The notes under the pieces were generated by a model. It was not told the origin of the DNA. It did not search any database and worked only from the letters and a program-made list of their open reading frames with translations. From the NCBI GenBank assembly GCA_002189035.1, contig NEEC01000021.1, forward strand, positions 1,550,001-1,614,000: 64,000 nt of DNA, read 5' to 3'. Source of the DNA: Utricularia gibba (lineage: Eukaryota; Plantae; Magnoliophyta). The first letter of the stretch is position 1. Each line of letters begins with the position of its first letter. Both the position numbers and the translations under genes were made by a program. Positions 37,544-50,949 of this stretch are shown here, in pieces.

Positions 37544-40180
37544 ATGTTTGATTCCACTTACAAGTCGCAGTTCATAGGCGGCCAAAAGGAGGTATTCAGA
37601 AGGTAACATGCACACAGCTGCATAATTTTCGCGCAGAACTCACGTTCATCAAGCAGTGGTTTGGTTTGTGCACAGGTTGGATAATCTGGATTCGTTCGGA
37701 TCAGATATGGCTGGAACCAACAGATGCGGATTCAGCATAGAAAGCCTATCAACACCTGGCCCATCGAATAACACGGCATCGAAGTCGTTCCGGTTGGGCC
37801 CGGAGGGGCTCCTGATGTTCGGCCAATCTTTAAGATCAGTGTTCCCAGAGGACCTCAAGGTCTCTGAAAAAAAGATCTTTGATCCCCAAGACAAGAGTTT
37901 GGTGCTCTGGAACAAGCTCTTGGTCATCTCTTGCATTATCTCTGTGTCAGTGGATCCCCTGTTTCTGTATCTTCCTATTTTTGATGAAGATCAGATGTGC
38001 CTCCACATTGATGACAAGCTTGCATACACAACCACCACTCTGAGGACCATAGTTGATGCCTTCTATTTAGTACGTATGGTCCTCCAGTTCCGGACAGCCT
38101 TCATTGCCCCTTCATCTCGAGTTTTCGGACGAGGGGAGCTTGTGATTGATCCAAAAGAGATAGCTAACCGGTACATACACAGATACTTCTTCGTAGATCT
38201 CTTCTCCGTGCTGCCAATCCCTCAGGTACGCATCCAGGATTCATATCGTTCTGTGCCTCTCCCATGTAGCTGGATGCATTTCCTGTCAACTGCAGATTGT
38301 AGTTTGGAGGTTCATGCATCGCTCAGAAGGAACGGACATACTGGGTACAAAGGAAGCACTGGTAATAATAGTTTTTGTGCAGTACATTCCGAGATTTTTG
38401 CGGTTCGTACCTCTTACATCGGAGTTGAAGAAGACGGCTGGTACATTCGCCGAGACTGCTTGGGCCGGAGCAGCTTACTACCTGCTATGGTTCATGCTGG
38501 CTAGTCATGTAAGTCACAGCACAAAAAGCATGAAATGTTTGCTTCCATTCATCTCAGCTTAAGACTCACGATGCTTCATGGAACAGATAGTAGGAGCTTT
38601 GTGGTACCTCTTAGCCATTGATCGCAAAGAAACATGCTGGCACAAAGCTTGCGATGGAACTGCTGGATGCAATCCCACGTATCTCTACTGCGACGAGGTT
38701 TCCAATGTTGAGCTATGGAGGAAACTCAGTAAAGTTCATATAGAATCAAATTGTACAGTAAATGATGAAGAAACATCAGCTTTCAACTACGGGATCTATG
38801 CACTTGCTGTATCCTCAGGCGTTCTTGAGTCCCAAAATTTCATCTCCAAGTACCTGTACTGTCTGTGGTGGGGGCTCCAGAACTTGAGGTAATGTCTGTT
38901 GTGTTGAGCGAGTAGGGAACCTATTATATCATCCTCTTCAGCAAGAATGATATTATGCTTCCATTGCTGCCTGCAGCACGCTTGGCCAGGGGCTGATAAC
39001 CAGTACTTATCCTGGAGAAGTTCTATTCTCAATAGCAGTAGCCATTTTAGGACTCCTGCTCTTTGCTCTTCTCATTGGCAATATGCAGGTGATGTACTGA
39101 GACCTGACTCTTTTTAAGTGTGACTGCTAAACCAGAAAAGTGATTGTGGTGCAGACATACCTTCAATCTCTGTCAGTTCACCTGGAGGAGATGAGAATCA
39201 AGAAGAGGGATTCTGAACAATGGATGCGACACCGAGTATTGCCTCAAGAACTCCGAGAACGAGTGAGACGCTATGATCAGTATAAATGGATGGAAACAAG
39301 AGGAGTGGATGAGGAAAGCTTGGTGCAGAACCTGCCCAAGGATTTAAGAAGAGACATAAAGCGGCATCTTTGCTTGAATTTGGTTAGAAGGGTAAGCAAG
39401 CGCAACTGCTGTCTATTTCTCTACTTATTCTAACACCAAGAAACAAAACACCAAGTGACTATTACATGTTAACATAATGTTCAGGTACCTCTATTTGCAA
39501 ACATGGATGACAGACTGCTGGATGCCATATGTGAGAGACTGAAGCCAAGTCTGTATACAGAAAAAACTTATGTGCTTCGAGAAGGAGATCCTGTGGATGA
39601 GATGCTGTTCATCATTCGGGGTAGACTGGAGAGTGTGACCACAGATGGTGGGAGATCAGGCTTTTACAACCGAGGTATCCTCAAGGAAGGTGCTTTTTGT
39701 GGGGAGGAGCTTCTTACATGGGCCCTGGATCCAAAATCAGGCTCTAACTTGCCACCTTCAACCCGAACTGTTAAAGCTTTAACAGAAGTTGAGGCGTTTG
39801 CGTTGATAGCAGATGAGCTGAAGTTCATCACAAGTCAGTTTAGGCGCATTCACAGTCGGCAGGTTCAACAAACTTTCCGGTTCTATTCTCAACAATGGAG
39901 GACTTGGGCAGCCACCTACATTCAAGCTGCATGGCGAAGATACACCAGAAGGAAGTTAATAGAGCTGCATCAAAGTGAAATGGAAGATGAGTTTGATGAA
40001 GAGCTGGGAGAAGAAGCTGCGCTTATCAGAACAAGTTCCTCAGGATTAGGTGCGACCATGCTGGCTTCAAGGTTCGCAGCTAATGCTCTCCGTGGGGTTC
40101 AAAGGCTTCGGAGTGCTTCAGGTGCCAGTACCATCATGAGGCCAGCAAAACCTCATGAACCTGATTTTGGGGCTGAATAA
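37544..40180 (+). CDS. CNGC: Cyclic nucleotide-gated channel, group II (CNGC7/8-like)
   Basis: MFDSTYKSQFIGGQKEVFRR|LDNLDS...VFPEDLKVSEKKIFDPQDK...TTTTLRT...APSSRVFGRGELVIDP; pore WGLQNL(S)TLGQGLITS; CNBD FCGEELLTWALDP; IQ motif WAATYIQAAWRRY. No frameshift noticed. Confidence 0.93.
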
Positions 40181-40558
40181 CCAATACCTCAGGGCCATAT
40201 TCTTTTACAAGCTTTAACATACAAACCTCCCGAATTTCATGTGATTCTATTTCTTAACGAGACAATCACAAAATTCATTGAAATTTTCAACGGCATTGCA
40301 GAAAAAGAACAAGGCCCTTGTCAGACAGAGAACTAAGCGAGAACTGCTGAAATTCTCCTTTAAAGCCTGCCTAGCTCCACCCCACAAGCATCCCTTGACC
40401 ATGTTCCCTGACAAGCTTTTTAACAGAGATTTTCTTTTTAACAGAGATTTAGCTTTTTAAATTCTAAGTCGATCACCTTCATCAGTTACAAATACAGGGT
40501 GATAAACAGCAAAAATGTCAAGTGCGCACATCACAGTTGCAGGAAAAGTTGTCTCGGA

Positions 40559-41507
40559 CTAACTTTTTGGTATGTTCTTCCCAACAATTTTGGCAGGAGT
40601 TATGCGAAGAAGATTGCCAGGTTTACCAGGAACAGCTCCCTTGATCATAACACAGTTCAGCTCATTATCTATCTTGACGACCTTGAGCTTTCGAATCTTG
40701 GCCTTAGTTCCTCCCATCCTGCCAGGCATCTTTTTGCCCTTGTAAACACGGCCTGGAGTAGTACCAGCACCAATGGATCCAAGTTCTCTGTGGCTTTTGG
40801 ATCCGTGAGCCATCTGTCCTCTCTTGAAGTTGTGCCTCTTAATACCACCTGTGACAACAATGAAATCAAGCTCAATACAAAAATTTCACACTATGACCTC
40901 TACGCGTTGTGTAAGTAGGCATAAACTCAAGAAAATCTTGGTCAAGAATGAGCTGGGAAAGCAACCTAGCAGCAACAAAAGCACTTACCTTGAAACCCTT
41001 TTCCGATGGTGGTACCGGAAACGTCGACCAAGTCGCCAACTTGGAACAGCTCGTCGACCACCAATCGCTGATTGGGCTCGTAGCCTTCAACATTTTGTAA
41101 TCTAAACTCCTGCAAGTGCCGCAACGGTATAACCCCAGACTTCTCCAAATGCCCTAGCTCCGGCTTCGTCAATTTACGATCACGAACCCTTCTATACCCA
41201 ACTTGGACAGCATCGTAGCCATCCGTTGCCTTGGTCTTGACCTGGGTAACGATGTTCCCTTCACGGAAACCGACGACGGTGACCGGAACCACTGTGCCGG
41301 ACTCCTCGAAGTACGACATCATCCCGAGCTTTGTGCCCATCACGCCGATCCCAGCCTCCAGTGAAGCAGAAATGCAGCGAGGTTTGGGGATGAACCATTG
41401 ATGGAGAGAGAGGAGAAACGCTTGATTGGGAGGCGAGGGAGGAAGGAGGAGGAAGGAGGGGCGGAGCCGGAAGAGACAGCCGCGGAGAGTAATGGATTGG
41501 CGGCCAT
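40559..41507 (-). CDS. RPL3: Plastid 50S ribosomal protein L3 (uL3c)
   Basis: Ser/Pro-rich transit peptide from ATG 41507 (-1 in a C run near 41390), then [14 protein letters not shown]...[17 protein letters not shown]|[43 protein letters not shown]. Confidence 0.95.
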
Positions 41508-41934
41508 CGCGAGCCTCTGAAGCTCTGAACTTGGAACCTCTGGCTTTCTTATCCATAGAAAGCAGAGTAACTATATATATATATTCATAACCCGATTCGA
41601 GGTCCGAGGAGTCCGTCCGCGTCCGTCTTTCTACATCGGTGTCGGCCTCGGACACGAACTCAAGCTTGTGCGAACACGGAATATAATAAAAATACAAAAG
41701 TTAAAATCCGAAATTGCAGTCAATTCCGATGGGTCGAATCAGTTGAACCGGTGGGTTCTAACGGTGCACGCGGAGCATCTGGTTTCTCCTTTCCAGCCGC
41801 ATATGCCACTTGTTCGGCCGGCATAATCCGATCGGGAGCTGCCTCGGTGGTGTGTATAAAATGCTGAATTCTACTTCAAAAAATCAACCGACATTTCACG
41901 GTGAACTGCGGAACCAAAGAGGAATCATCGGAGA

Positions 41935-42354
41935 ATGGGAGTGGTGATAATCGACGGCACGACGGTGCGCTCCTTCGTGGAGGACGAATCTCAGTTCCAG
42001 AAAAGCATATCCGAGGCCTTCGCCATTCTTGACGTTAACGACGACGGCGTTCTTTCCCGGTCGGAGCTCCGCACCGCCTTTGAATCGCTGCGGCTTATCG
42101 AGACGCACTTCGGCGTCGACGTCGCCACGCCGCCGGAGGAGCTGACTAAGTTTTACGATTCGATTTTTGAGAAATTCGATTGCGATCATAGCGGTACCGT
42201 CGATCGGAAGGAGTTCGAGGAGGAAATCAGGAAGATATTGCTCGCGATCGCCGATGGACTGGGATCCAGCCCCATCGAGATGGCGCTGGAAGATGATGGC
42301 CACAGTTTTCTGAAGGCGGCGGCGGAGCTAGAGGCGGCGAAGGCCAGCCGTTGA
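41935..42354 (+). CDS. Intronless two-EF-hand calcium-binding protein
   Basis: Intact 139-aa ORF MGVVIIDGTTVRSFVEDE with EF loops DVNDDGVLSRSE and DCDHSGTVDRKE; At2g44310-type from memory. Confidence 0.92.
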   Translation: MGVVIIDGTTVRSFVEDESQFQKSISEAFAILDVNDDGVLSRSELRTAFESLRLIETHFGVDVATPPEELTKFYDSIFEKFDCDHSGTVDRKEFEEEIRKILLAIADGLGSSPIEMALEDDGHSFLKAAAELEAAKASR

Positions 42355-42804
42355 TTCGAAATCGACGGCTGTGATGACATGCTCACCGAATAAATCCGTT
42401 GCCGTGATTGTGATGTGACCATTTCTTATGAAATAATGTAATTTAGTACTAATTAATCATTAGTGGAAACCCTAGCACTGGAAAGCCCTAATACTTTTGG
42501 GCTTAAATATGGGTTTAAAACGGTTTAATGGATCCAGTCCATTTGCTTTTAATGTAAGTAAAATCAATCCGAGGAAAGTTCGTCAAATCACGCAGCCATT
42601 GATGAATTCTTCTGCTTGTCATCCCTTCCGCTTTGAATTCATTTTTCCATTGTGAATCACATATCTGTTTGAGTTGTTCCACCTTGATCAGCTTCCTTGA
42701 TAATCAGGTAACATTCTCTATCTGGTTGAGGCTCTTTTGTGTACCATTGTGAATCCGTGAGGCGCGATAGATTGATTCTCTAGAATTTCAGGTGCTTTTG
42801 AGCA

Positions 42805-45800
42805 ATGGTGTTTCATAGGGGCGCTTCTCTTCTCTCCAAGCTGCGATCGCGAGCTGTAAGTAATGTGTGGGTTGTTGTGTGTGCAATATTCAGTCAATTA
42901 TTGTGGAGCTTTAGGATTGGGTAGTGTCTCTGTTCAGTTATTGATGATGAAAGGCTTGAAAGACCGTATCTTTGGATTCTATTAGGTCCAGAAACCGGGG
43001 TTGTATGGATCTGTTCGTTGGCTTCAAGTCCAAACTTCCACTGACGTTGTAAGCTACGTGCGCTATTACATTAATTAAAAACACTTTCATTGAAAATAGG
43101 TGTCTTTGAAACAACTCTACAATAGTGGATACCTATTTTCATTATTGACTATTGTTTTATGGCGCTTAGGACCTTCGCTCCCAATTGAAAGAATTAATTC
43201 CAGAACAGCAGGTATTTTCAGTGCTGGAAACTGAGTTTCAACTGTATACTTGGTCATCTCTGTGCGTTATGATTTTCATGACTATTTGTAGCCGGTTGTG
43301 GAAGCCAAAAAAAAAAAAAAAAAAGTAAACTTGTGCTTCGTGGATAGGTACAACTGTAAGAACCTTGATGGTATATTAAATGTGGTTTTACTTCAGGAGC
43401 GCCTAAAGAAAATCAAGGCTGAACATGGGAAAGTTCAACTTGGAAACATCACAGTCGATATGGTATGATTATAGCATTTGGTAACTCCTTCGGTTTGAAA
43501 TCTCATGCTTGTTAACAATGGATTCCGTAACTGAAAAGTAACATGTATTTTCAAAAAGGTCATTGGTGGAATGAGAGGAATGACGGGCTTATTATGGGAA
43601 ACATCACTGCTTGATCCTGAAGAGGTAGAAATCTTGGCTCAAACATGAGTTCTAAAATCATTGTCGCTGTACTGTGTGGCTTGTGAAGTTACAATGATCG
43701 TTTCATAAAATATATTTTTTTATCGTTCGGATTTAGGGGATTCGCTTCAGGGGTCTATCCATTCCTGAATGTCAAAAGCTGTTGCCTGCAGCTAATCCTG
43801 GAGGAGAGCCATTGCCTGAAGGTCTTTTGTGGCTTCTTTTGACTGGAAAAGTAAGTTATAATTGGCTTATTTTTCTATTTTTCATCTCATTTTTTTTTTT
43901 TTTGCAGATATGACATTGATTCCTTGATTTTTTTTACCCAAATTAATTCTTTTCCTTCACTTTGTTCCCTATAGGTCCCAACAAAAGAACAAGTTGATTC
44001 ATTATCCAAGGAATTGAAAAGTCGAGCTACTGTCCCAGGTTCTTGTTGTGTATTATTAGCGTATTAATCTGATATAAAAAATAAAGATTTTACACACTTA
44101 GCCCAAGAGTCACCTCATTTTTTCATGTTGCAGATCATGTTTATAAAACTATTGACGCTTTGCCTGTAACTGCGCATCCAATGACTCAGTTTGCAACTGG
44201 GGTGATGGCTCTTCAGGTGAGTAGATTGAGTCAACAGATGTACATGGGTTATTTATTTAGCCATATTTTGTTGGTTAGTTGATGATTCTTTAGAATGCAT
44301 GAGGTTCTCGAACTTGGGAATCATGCCTTTTGAAAATAGTATCAGCAAACACCAGAATGCTCCTTTTAGCTATTTGTTGCTTTTGTAGGAAAGCCCCATC
44401 CATTGCAAACTCTAATTACAACTTTTTTTTTTTTTGGTTTACTACAAATCTCAAGTTCGTCCGTGAAATACTTTTTCTAAAATAACACTCATCTGTAGGT
44501 TCAAAGTGAGTTCCAGAAGGCGTATGAGAAGGGAATCCACAAATCAAAGTAAGTTTTTGATGAAGAAATTAAAAAAAAAAGGATGATGGCTTTTTTATAT
44601 GACAACACTGTAAATTGTCATCTGCAGGTACTGGGAGCCTACATTTGAGGACTCCCTTAGCTTGATTGCCCAAGTACCAACTGTGGCTTCTTATATCTAC
44701 CGCAGGTTGATTTTTTAGCCATCTTGATGTAGTTGGAAATTAGTTATGGTGTATGTGTTCCCTCTGTTAATACTCTGTTTTCAATTATTGATGAGTAAAA
44801 CTTGCTGCATGTTTAAAGGGTATACAAGAATGGGCAGCTTCGTCAGTTTGATGACACCTTGGATTATGGAGCAAACTTTTCCCATATGCTAGGCTTTGAT
44901 GATCCAGCCATGCATGAGCTCATGAGGCTATATATAACTATTCATACGTATGTAATTGCTCATGTTAATAATTCCTTTTGGATGAATAAACTTTCTCCAA
45001 TTGTCAACGTTGCACATCTATGCATGTTGCAGCGATCATGAAGGTGGAAATGTTAGTGCTCACACCGGTCATCTGGTAATATGTTTACCTAAAACACCTC
45101 ACATCACCAACCCCTATTTTGATAACTGATACTTCTCGTATTCTAAAGTTTAGATACAGTGCCCTTGGATTCATATTATAAAGTACTGATCACAGGTTGC
45201 TAGTGCACTTTCCGATCCGTATCTCTCTTTTGCTGCAGCGTTAAATGGTTTGGCTGGTCCTCTTCATGGTTTGGCTAATCAGGTGCTTGATCAGTCTTCT
45301 CAAAACATGCTCTAGCAAAGTTATTTGCCTTTGAATAAAACTATTTGGAAATCATCACCTTGTTTTGACTCTAAATTATAGGAAGTGATCCAAAGAGCAG
45401 TACACCATGTGATTATGATGGCTTAAGTTTCACTCAGTGGTCACATCTATTTCTTGTTACAGGAAGTGTTACTCTGGATTAAATCTGTGGTTGAAGAATG
45501 TGGTGAAAATGTCAGCAAAGAAAACTTAAAAGATTATGTTTGGAAGACTCTGAACAGTGGGAAGGTAAAGCGGTTACACTCATGACAATTGCAATATCCC
45601 TTTCACCAAATATTTTCCTCACTAGTCTCCTTAGTTCTTATGCTGCACGTTCATGTATTTTGTTGTAGGTCGTACCTGGATTTGGCCACGGAGTTCTGCG
45701 CAAGACAGATCCAAGATACACATGCCAAAGAGAATTCGCACTGAAACACTTACCCGATGATCCACTGTTCAAAATGGTCAGTAATTGGATTATAATAGCG

Positions 45801-46445
45801 CCACTTTGTTATGACTTCTAATTGGAAGTTATTTATCTATTTAATTTGTCTTCTGAGTGTGCATTGTTCTCTGCAGGTTTCAAATCTCTATGAAGTGGTG
45901 CCCCCTATACTCTTGGAACTCGGAAAGGTATTCAACAATTGATTTGCTGGAGCTAATTTAAACACAACCTAATCTATCTCCTTGAATACCTTAAATTGTT
46001 GTGGTTTTTGGGATTGAAATTCTCAGGTGAAAAATCCATGGCCAAATGTGGATGCCCACAGTGGTGTATTGCTCAATCACTATGGTTTAACAGAAGCTAG
46101 GTATTGACTTGTATTTTGCAATATGCGCACCCTGGAAGGGGATTGGTATATATCATCCGTAGGCTCATGTTCCCTGACTGATGATTTGTGTTCACTTGTC
46201 AACTATCTTACTAGATACTACACGGTTCTTTTTGGTGTCTCCAGAGCAATCGGCATATGCTCACAGGTTTCTTTCATGTCTCTATAAAACCTTTCCTTGT
46301 TTACCTCATGGTCTCTTCCTCATGTCTCTTTCATGCTCATCCTGTTGCTTAGCTTATATGGGACCGAGCACTGGGACTGCCACTGGAGAGGCCCAAGAGC
46401 GTTACAATGGATTGGTTGGAAAACTACTGCAAGAAAGCTGCTTGA
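42805..46445 (+). CDS. CSY4: Mitochondrial citrate synthase
   Basis: [17 protein letters not shown] presequence; [84 protein letters not shown] and [16 protein letters not shown] across many short exons. Confidence 0.96.
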
Positions 46446-48322
46446 GTTAATTTCCTTTTCAGGTACAGCCATTTATTCCTCAATAATCCTTTGCTAGTGA
46501 AAGCTCTCGTTCCCGGCGAAAGAACGAGACAGTACAATTGAAAAACGAATAGTTGGTTTTGTTGCATTATGCCTGAATAATGGTAGCACTGCTTTATATC
46601 ATATGCAACAGTTGTCCACATTATAATTATGCTTGTGTTTTATTCCTGGAAAAGTTTTCCATAAGATCCATAGTCCACACACACACACACCCAGCAAGAT
46701 CCACATACCCTCAGATCTTGCATCCATGAATAGGCACATATTGAATCTGAACCTAGTGACCCGGAGTCGAATGAAATGAAAATGCTGCTTCCCTGAAACA
46801 AGTTTCCTACTGCTTACACAGCACACAAAGCAGTCAATTGAGGATTTAAGTTTTCAGCTTCTCTTATGTCTGATTTAATGGCAATGTTCAAATCTTGTGG
46901 ACGGGGAGGACCCCCAGAGCCACACACAATTTTTGGTGGCCTCAGAAATGAGGCCTAGTCTCTACTGTCCCTCCCCCTGCCTCCATGAATTTATAAGCAC
47001 CTGGACCACTTGCACAGTCCAAACTTTTTACTGTAGTAATATTCTCAACCACTTTTTTAAAAACTTGCATCACTGGAAGCTTCTCCTTGCGGAATTATTT
47101 ACCATTAGGTAAATTATCCACCAGCACTGTATGCGAATCAATTATCATGTTGGGTTTTGATTGTTTGATTTTTGTTTTTCACTGTGGAGAAGAGAGGATG
47201 AAAAATAATTTACAATGATGGGGTTATTATTATTTATTATTGTGAATGTTATGGTAAGCCGCATTATTGCATGTGATAATTAGAGAATTCACTTGTCCCC
47301 CATCTTCTTCCCCATCCCCATTCCATGGTGATTGCTCTTATTTCCTTGTTAAAGATATATCTGTCTAGATGTTTTTGAAAACTAACCATCCAAACATTAT
47401 CTTATATACTAAAATCAAAATTTTATATATAGAATGATCACTTTTCACGCACAATAACAATAGAATGATTATTTTTCAAATTCATCCGACCCTACCTCAG
47501 CTCCTTCAATCCCAGAATATTTAGGAACATAATAAGGTACAGGTGACATGAGCCACCCTTGGGAATCAGCATCAAAATGGGGACCAAGTAGTATAAAATG
47601 ATAAATTATATTATATTTATTTTTAAATTTAAAGAAATTCGAGATAGAGAGACTTTTTGTTTTGATTTTATTTAAACCCAAGTAAATTTGTTTGTTAGCA
47701 GAAGAATAAGTTATTTAAACCTGCCCTCCCTGCAGTGCCACTCCTATTACGATGTGTCACGGTCAAAGTAACACATCCCTAACTGAAATATCATATTATA
47801 TTCTTTTCCCAAAACATTTATTCTCCCTCTGCATTTTGGAGAAAAAACCAGCAAATATTATAAGAAGAGAAGGCAATAATCTCAAAGTTGAACCATGCAT
47901 TCATTCATATCCATATCTTATTGTTCACAAAATGGCATTTAATTCTTATTTTTATTTTATTTTTAAATAGAATACAAAATTATTGTTCAAAAGAAAAAAA
48001 AAATAGGAGTAGGTGGAGGTCAAATTAGGGGTGTTTTGAAAGTGTGTTTCTTGGGATGGAAGGATAATAATATAATTGGGTTGGTCAAAATGATTATGTC
48101 GGTCAAACCCTAATCCCCCAATTTTGCCACCACATCATCAGCATCATCATCATCATCAGTCACCCCTCCCCAACAACAGATCGGGATCGAATCATCAAAC
48201 TTGACCTCTTCGTTTCGTTTCTCTTCTTGTCTATAAATTATTCCACTCCCTTTCCCCCACTTGTCGTGTTCCCTTGTCTCCCGCCCTTTCGTCACACTCG
48301 CCGTTGTCTTGTGCCGCCATTG

Positions 48323-49383
48323 ATGGAGCTTGATTTGAGCTTGGGGGACGTCTTGGGTGCCAGGAAGAGCAAGCCTGCGGCAGCTCAGAAGCCGCCGGAT
48401 TTCTTCGGGCTTTATTTCCATCATCGCACGTCGGAGGACGGCGGCGCCGGCGCTGGAGATGCGCCCCTGCAGCTGAGTCTTCTTCCTCTTGGCCCCCTAG
48501 TTCGTACGAAAATGGTGAGTCACACGCAATTCTGTGCGCCTGTTTGGGTTTTTGTCTGAGGGAAGTTTTTTTTTTTTTAAAGGGAGTTCGGAAAATGGGT
48601 CGTCGGGGAACCGGCCGGCGCCAGAGGATGCTCTGTCAGCGAACAGCGTGGGATCTTCCTTGAAAATGGATTTCGGGCTATTGAAACCAACCGGCAATGC
48701 AAATCCTCAGGCGGGTACCGCCGGTGGCGTTGCCGCGGACGTGACGGAGAGAGCTAGCGACGACGAGGACAACGCGGGAACACTCGAAAAAAGCTCCGGT
48801 TATCTAAAGAACAGTCCGCTTTCCTCGAAGATAGCTTCAAAGAGCACAACACTCTCAATCCCGTAAGTCTCCCCCAAACACGCACACACACACACACAAA
48901 GCTCCAGTTTTTGCAGGGATCTTAATGATTTTTCCACAGAAACAAAAGATGGCTCTCGCGAAACAGCTCAATCTCCGCCCCCGACAAGTCGAAGTCTGGT
49001 TTCAGAACAGACGAGCAAGGTAGCCGCCTCATCTCGTAAAAAAATTCATTCTTGAAAACCACCCATCCAAAATCAAAACGACGCAGGACGAAGCTGAAGC
49101 AAACCGAAGTCGACTGCGAGTATCTGAAGCGGTGCTGCGACGCGCTGACGGAGGAGAACCGGCGGCTGCACAAAGAAGTCCAGGAACTGAGGGCACTGAA
49201 ATCCGCGTCCCCATTCTGCATGCAGATCCCGGCGACGACTCTGACGATGTGCCCCTCCTGCGAGCGCGTATCCGGAAGCGCCGCCCTCCGCCGGGAGACG
49301 GTAAATTCCCGTCGTCGACAAGACCAAGATTTTTCCCTTTTCAGCAGACTACGAGCCATCCCCATCAACCTGCTGCGTCATGA
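48323..49383 (+). CDS. HD-Zip class II transcription factor, HAT14/HOX11-type
   Basis: MELDLSLG (EAR), [16 protein letters not shown](N)[27 protein letters not shown]|[27 protein letters not shown]|[17 protein letters not shown]...CPSCERV. -1 frameshifts near 48780 and probably near 49285 (family-like end RFFPF...HPHQPAAS* at 49383). Confidence 0.9.
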
Positions 49384-50218
49384 ACATCATCATCATCATC
49401 ATCGTGGAGAAAATCAGAAATTTATTATTTTTTTCCAGCAGCGTTCTTCCTCCTCTTCCCTCCACTCTGTGGTCCACCGAGACCCCCATAACCGTAAATA
49501 AACCAACATTTTCCCCCCCTTTACTTTACGCTATTTCCCGCATGCCCCCTGACCTCATCCAAACTTTTTTGCAATTAAGGGCTCATTCCCTGCGAAAATT
49601 ACACCTCCAGCCCCCAATAAATGCAAGAATGAAATTCATGCCTCATTCACCCAAGTACAAACTTTTAAAATGAGGGAAGCCAGGTGGATGGATGACGTGG
49701 CCGGCAGAGGCAGTAATGAGAATTCGGGATTCTTGTGGGTGGTTAGTGGGAAGCAGGCAATAAATTAAGGGCCAGCAATAATTTTGCATAATTGGCAATC
49801 AGTACCTCGCGTGTCATGTGGTTCCTGCATTTGTCTCAAGTGGAGTCTATCATTTGCATTCAGTAGGCTGGGCCACGCGCCACCCCATCTTTCAGTTATT
49901 TCTTTTTTAAATATGTATATCTGTAGGGGCCAATTTAAAAATATCTAAAAAGCGAACCCTGGGGGCGTGGGTGGGGGCCACCCCGTGCGCAGCAAGTATT
50001 CATAATATTTATATTTATATTTAATATTTATTGGGCCAATATGCCTGCTAAAAGTCAGGGGTACCACCCAACCTAAATCATTAATTATTGGGCCCAAATT
50101 TCATATTTTTTTGTATTAATTTTTATTTTTATTCTGTCTGAACATCTCCCAAAAGTGGGTTACTTCCTTTATTATTATGGGCTGCTACTAAATTTAATTC
50201 CCTTTTTTGGGGGATCGA

Positions 50219-50499
50219 GACACGTGTCGGTTCTTGTATCGAATTGGCAAATACGATGATGATGACGATGATTCTTGTTGTTGTGTGTTTTCTTTTCTTT
50301 TTGGTGAGAAAAAGGGCGTACGATGTACATCATGACATGGGATTTGCATCACTTGCCATGCTGCTGCTTTGCTACGTGTTCCCTTTCTAAAGTCTACTGC
50401 GGACACCGACACCGACCCGACACGCGTGATGTTGTGTGTGTTGGAGGGATGATGCATCTTTTGATTGGTTTTCGTGGGGTGGATGAGGATCAATCATTG
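50219..50499. promoter_or_regulatory. Perfect G-box palindrome and HD-Zip II consensus site downstream of the HAT14-like gene
   Basis: GACACGTGTC at 50219-50228 and CAATCATTG at 50491-50499; motif presence only, function not shown. Confidence 0.35.
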
Positions 50500-50949
50500 T
50501 GTTATGTAGTACATGCAAGCTATGGAAGAAGGGGAATATTCTCTCGAGAGAATCTAGCCATGGCTTGGGTGCGGTCGGAGCACGGCCGGGACTGTGTCTG
50601 TCTCCCTGGGTGGGTTGCGGTTGCGCCCCTACCCTTTGTCAGATCATGACAGTGGAAAGGGAAATACTATCGTTGTTCCAGCTGCTCCATTCTGATCAAT
50701 GACATGTAGAAAGAGTTGTGGTTACACTAAGCAGGTAGTTTCACAGTGAGATTCTACAACAGATACCTAAATGGATGGTTCCACGGTGAAAGGGAGAGCC
50801 ATGATCCTGCAAGGTATCTCCTGTTCCGGTCATTTTTTGTGCTTCCTGTGGATGTGTATATATATAGGTGACCTGCATCTTTCGACAGATACAGGAGGTG
50901 AACAATGACTGCACTAACAGGTTCCTAGTCCTTTTGATTTCATTGTTAG

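Noticed and set aside
40415-40460. Short direct repeat (ctttttaacagagattt x2) between CNGC and RPL3
   Set aside because: Two-unit slippage duplication in 3' UTR DNA; not CRISPR-like or otherwise informative.
47469-47681. 70-aa minus-strand ORF (…GPHFDADSQGWLMSPVPYYVPKYSG…)
   Set aside because: Short, starts at TTG in AT-rich DNA, and has no recognisable domain.
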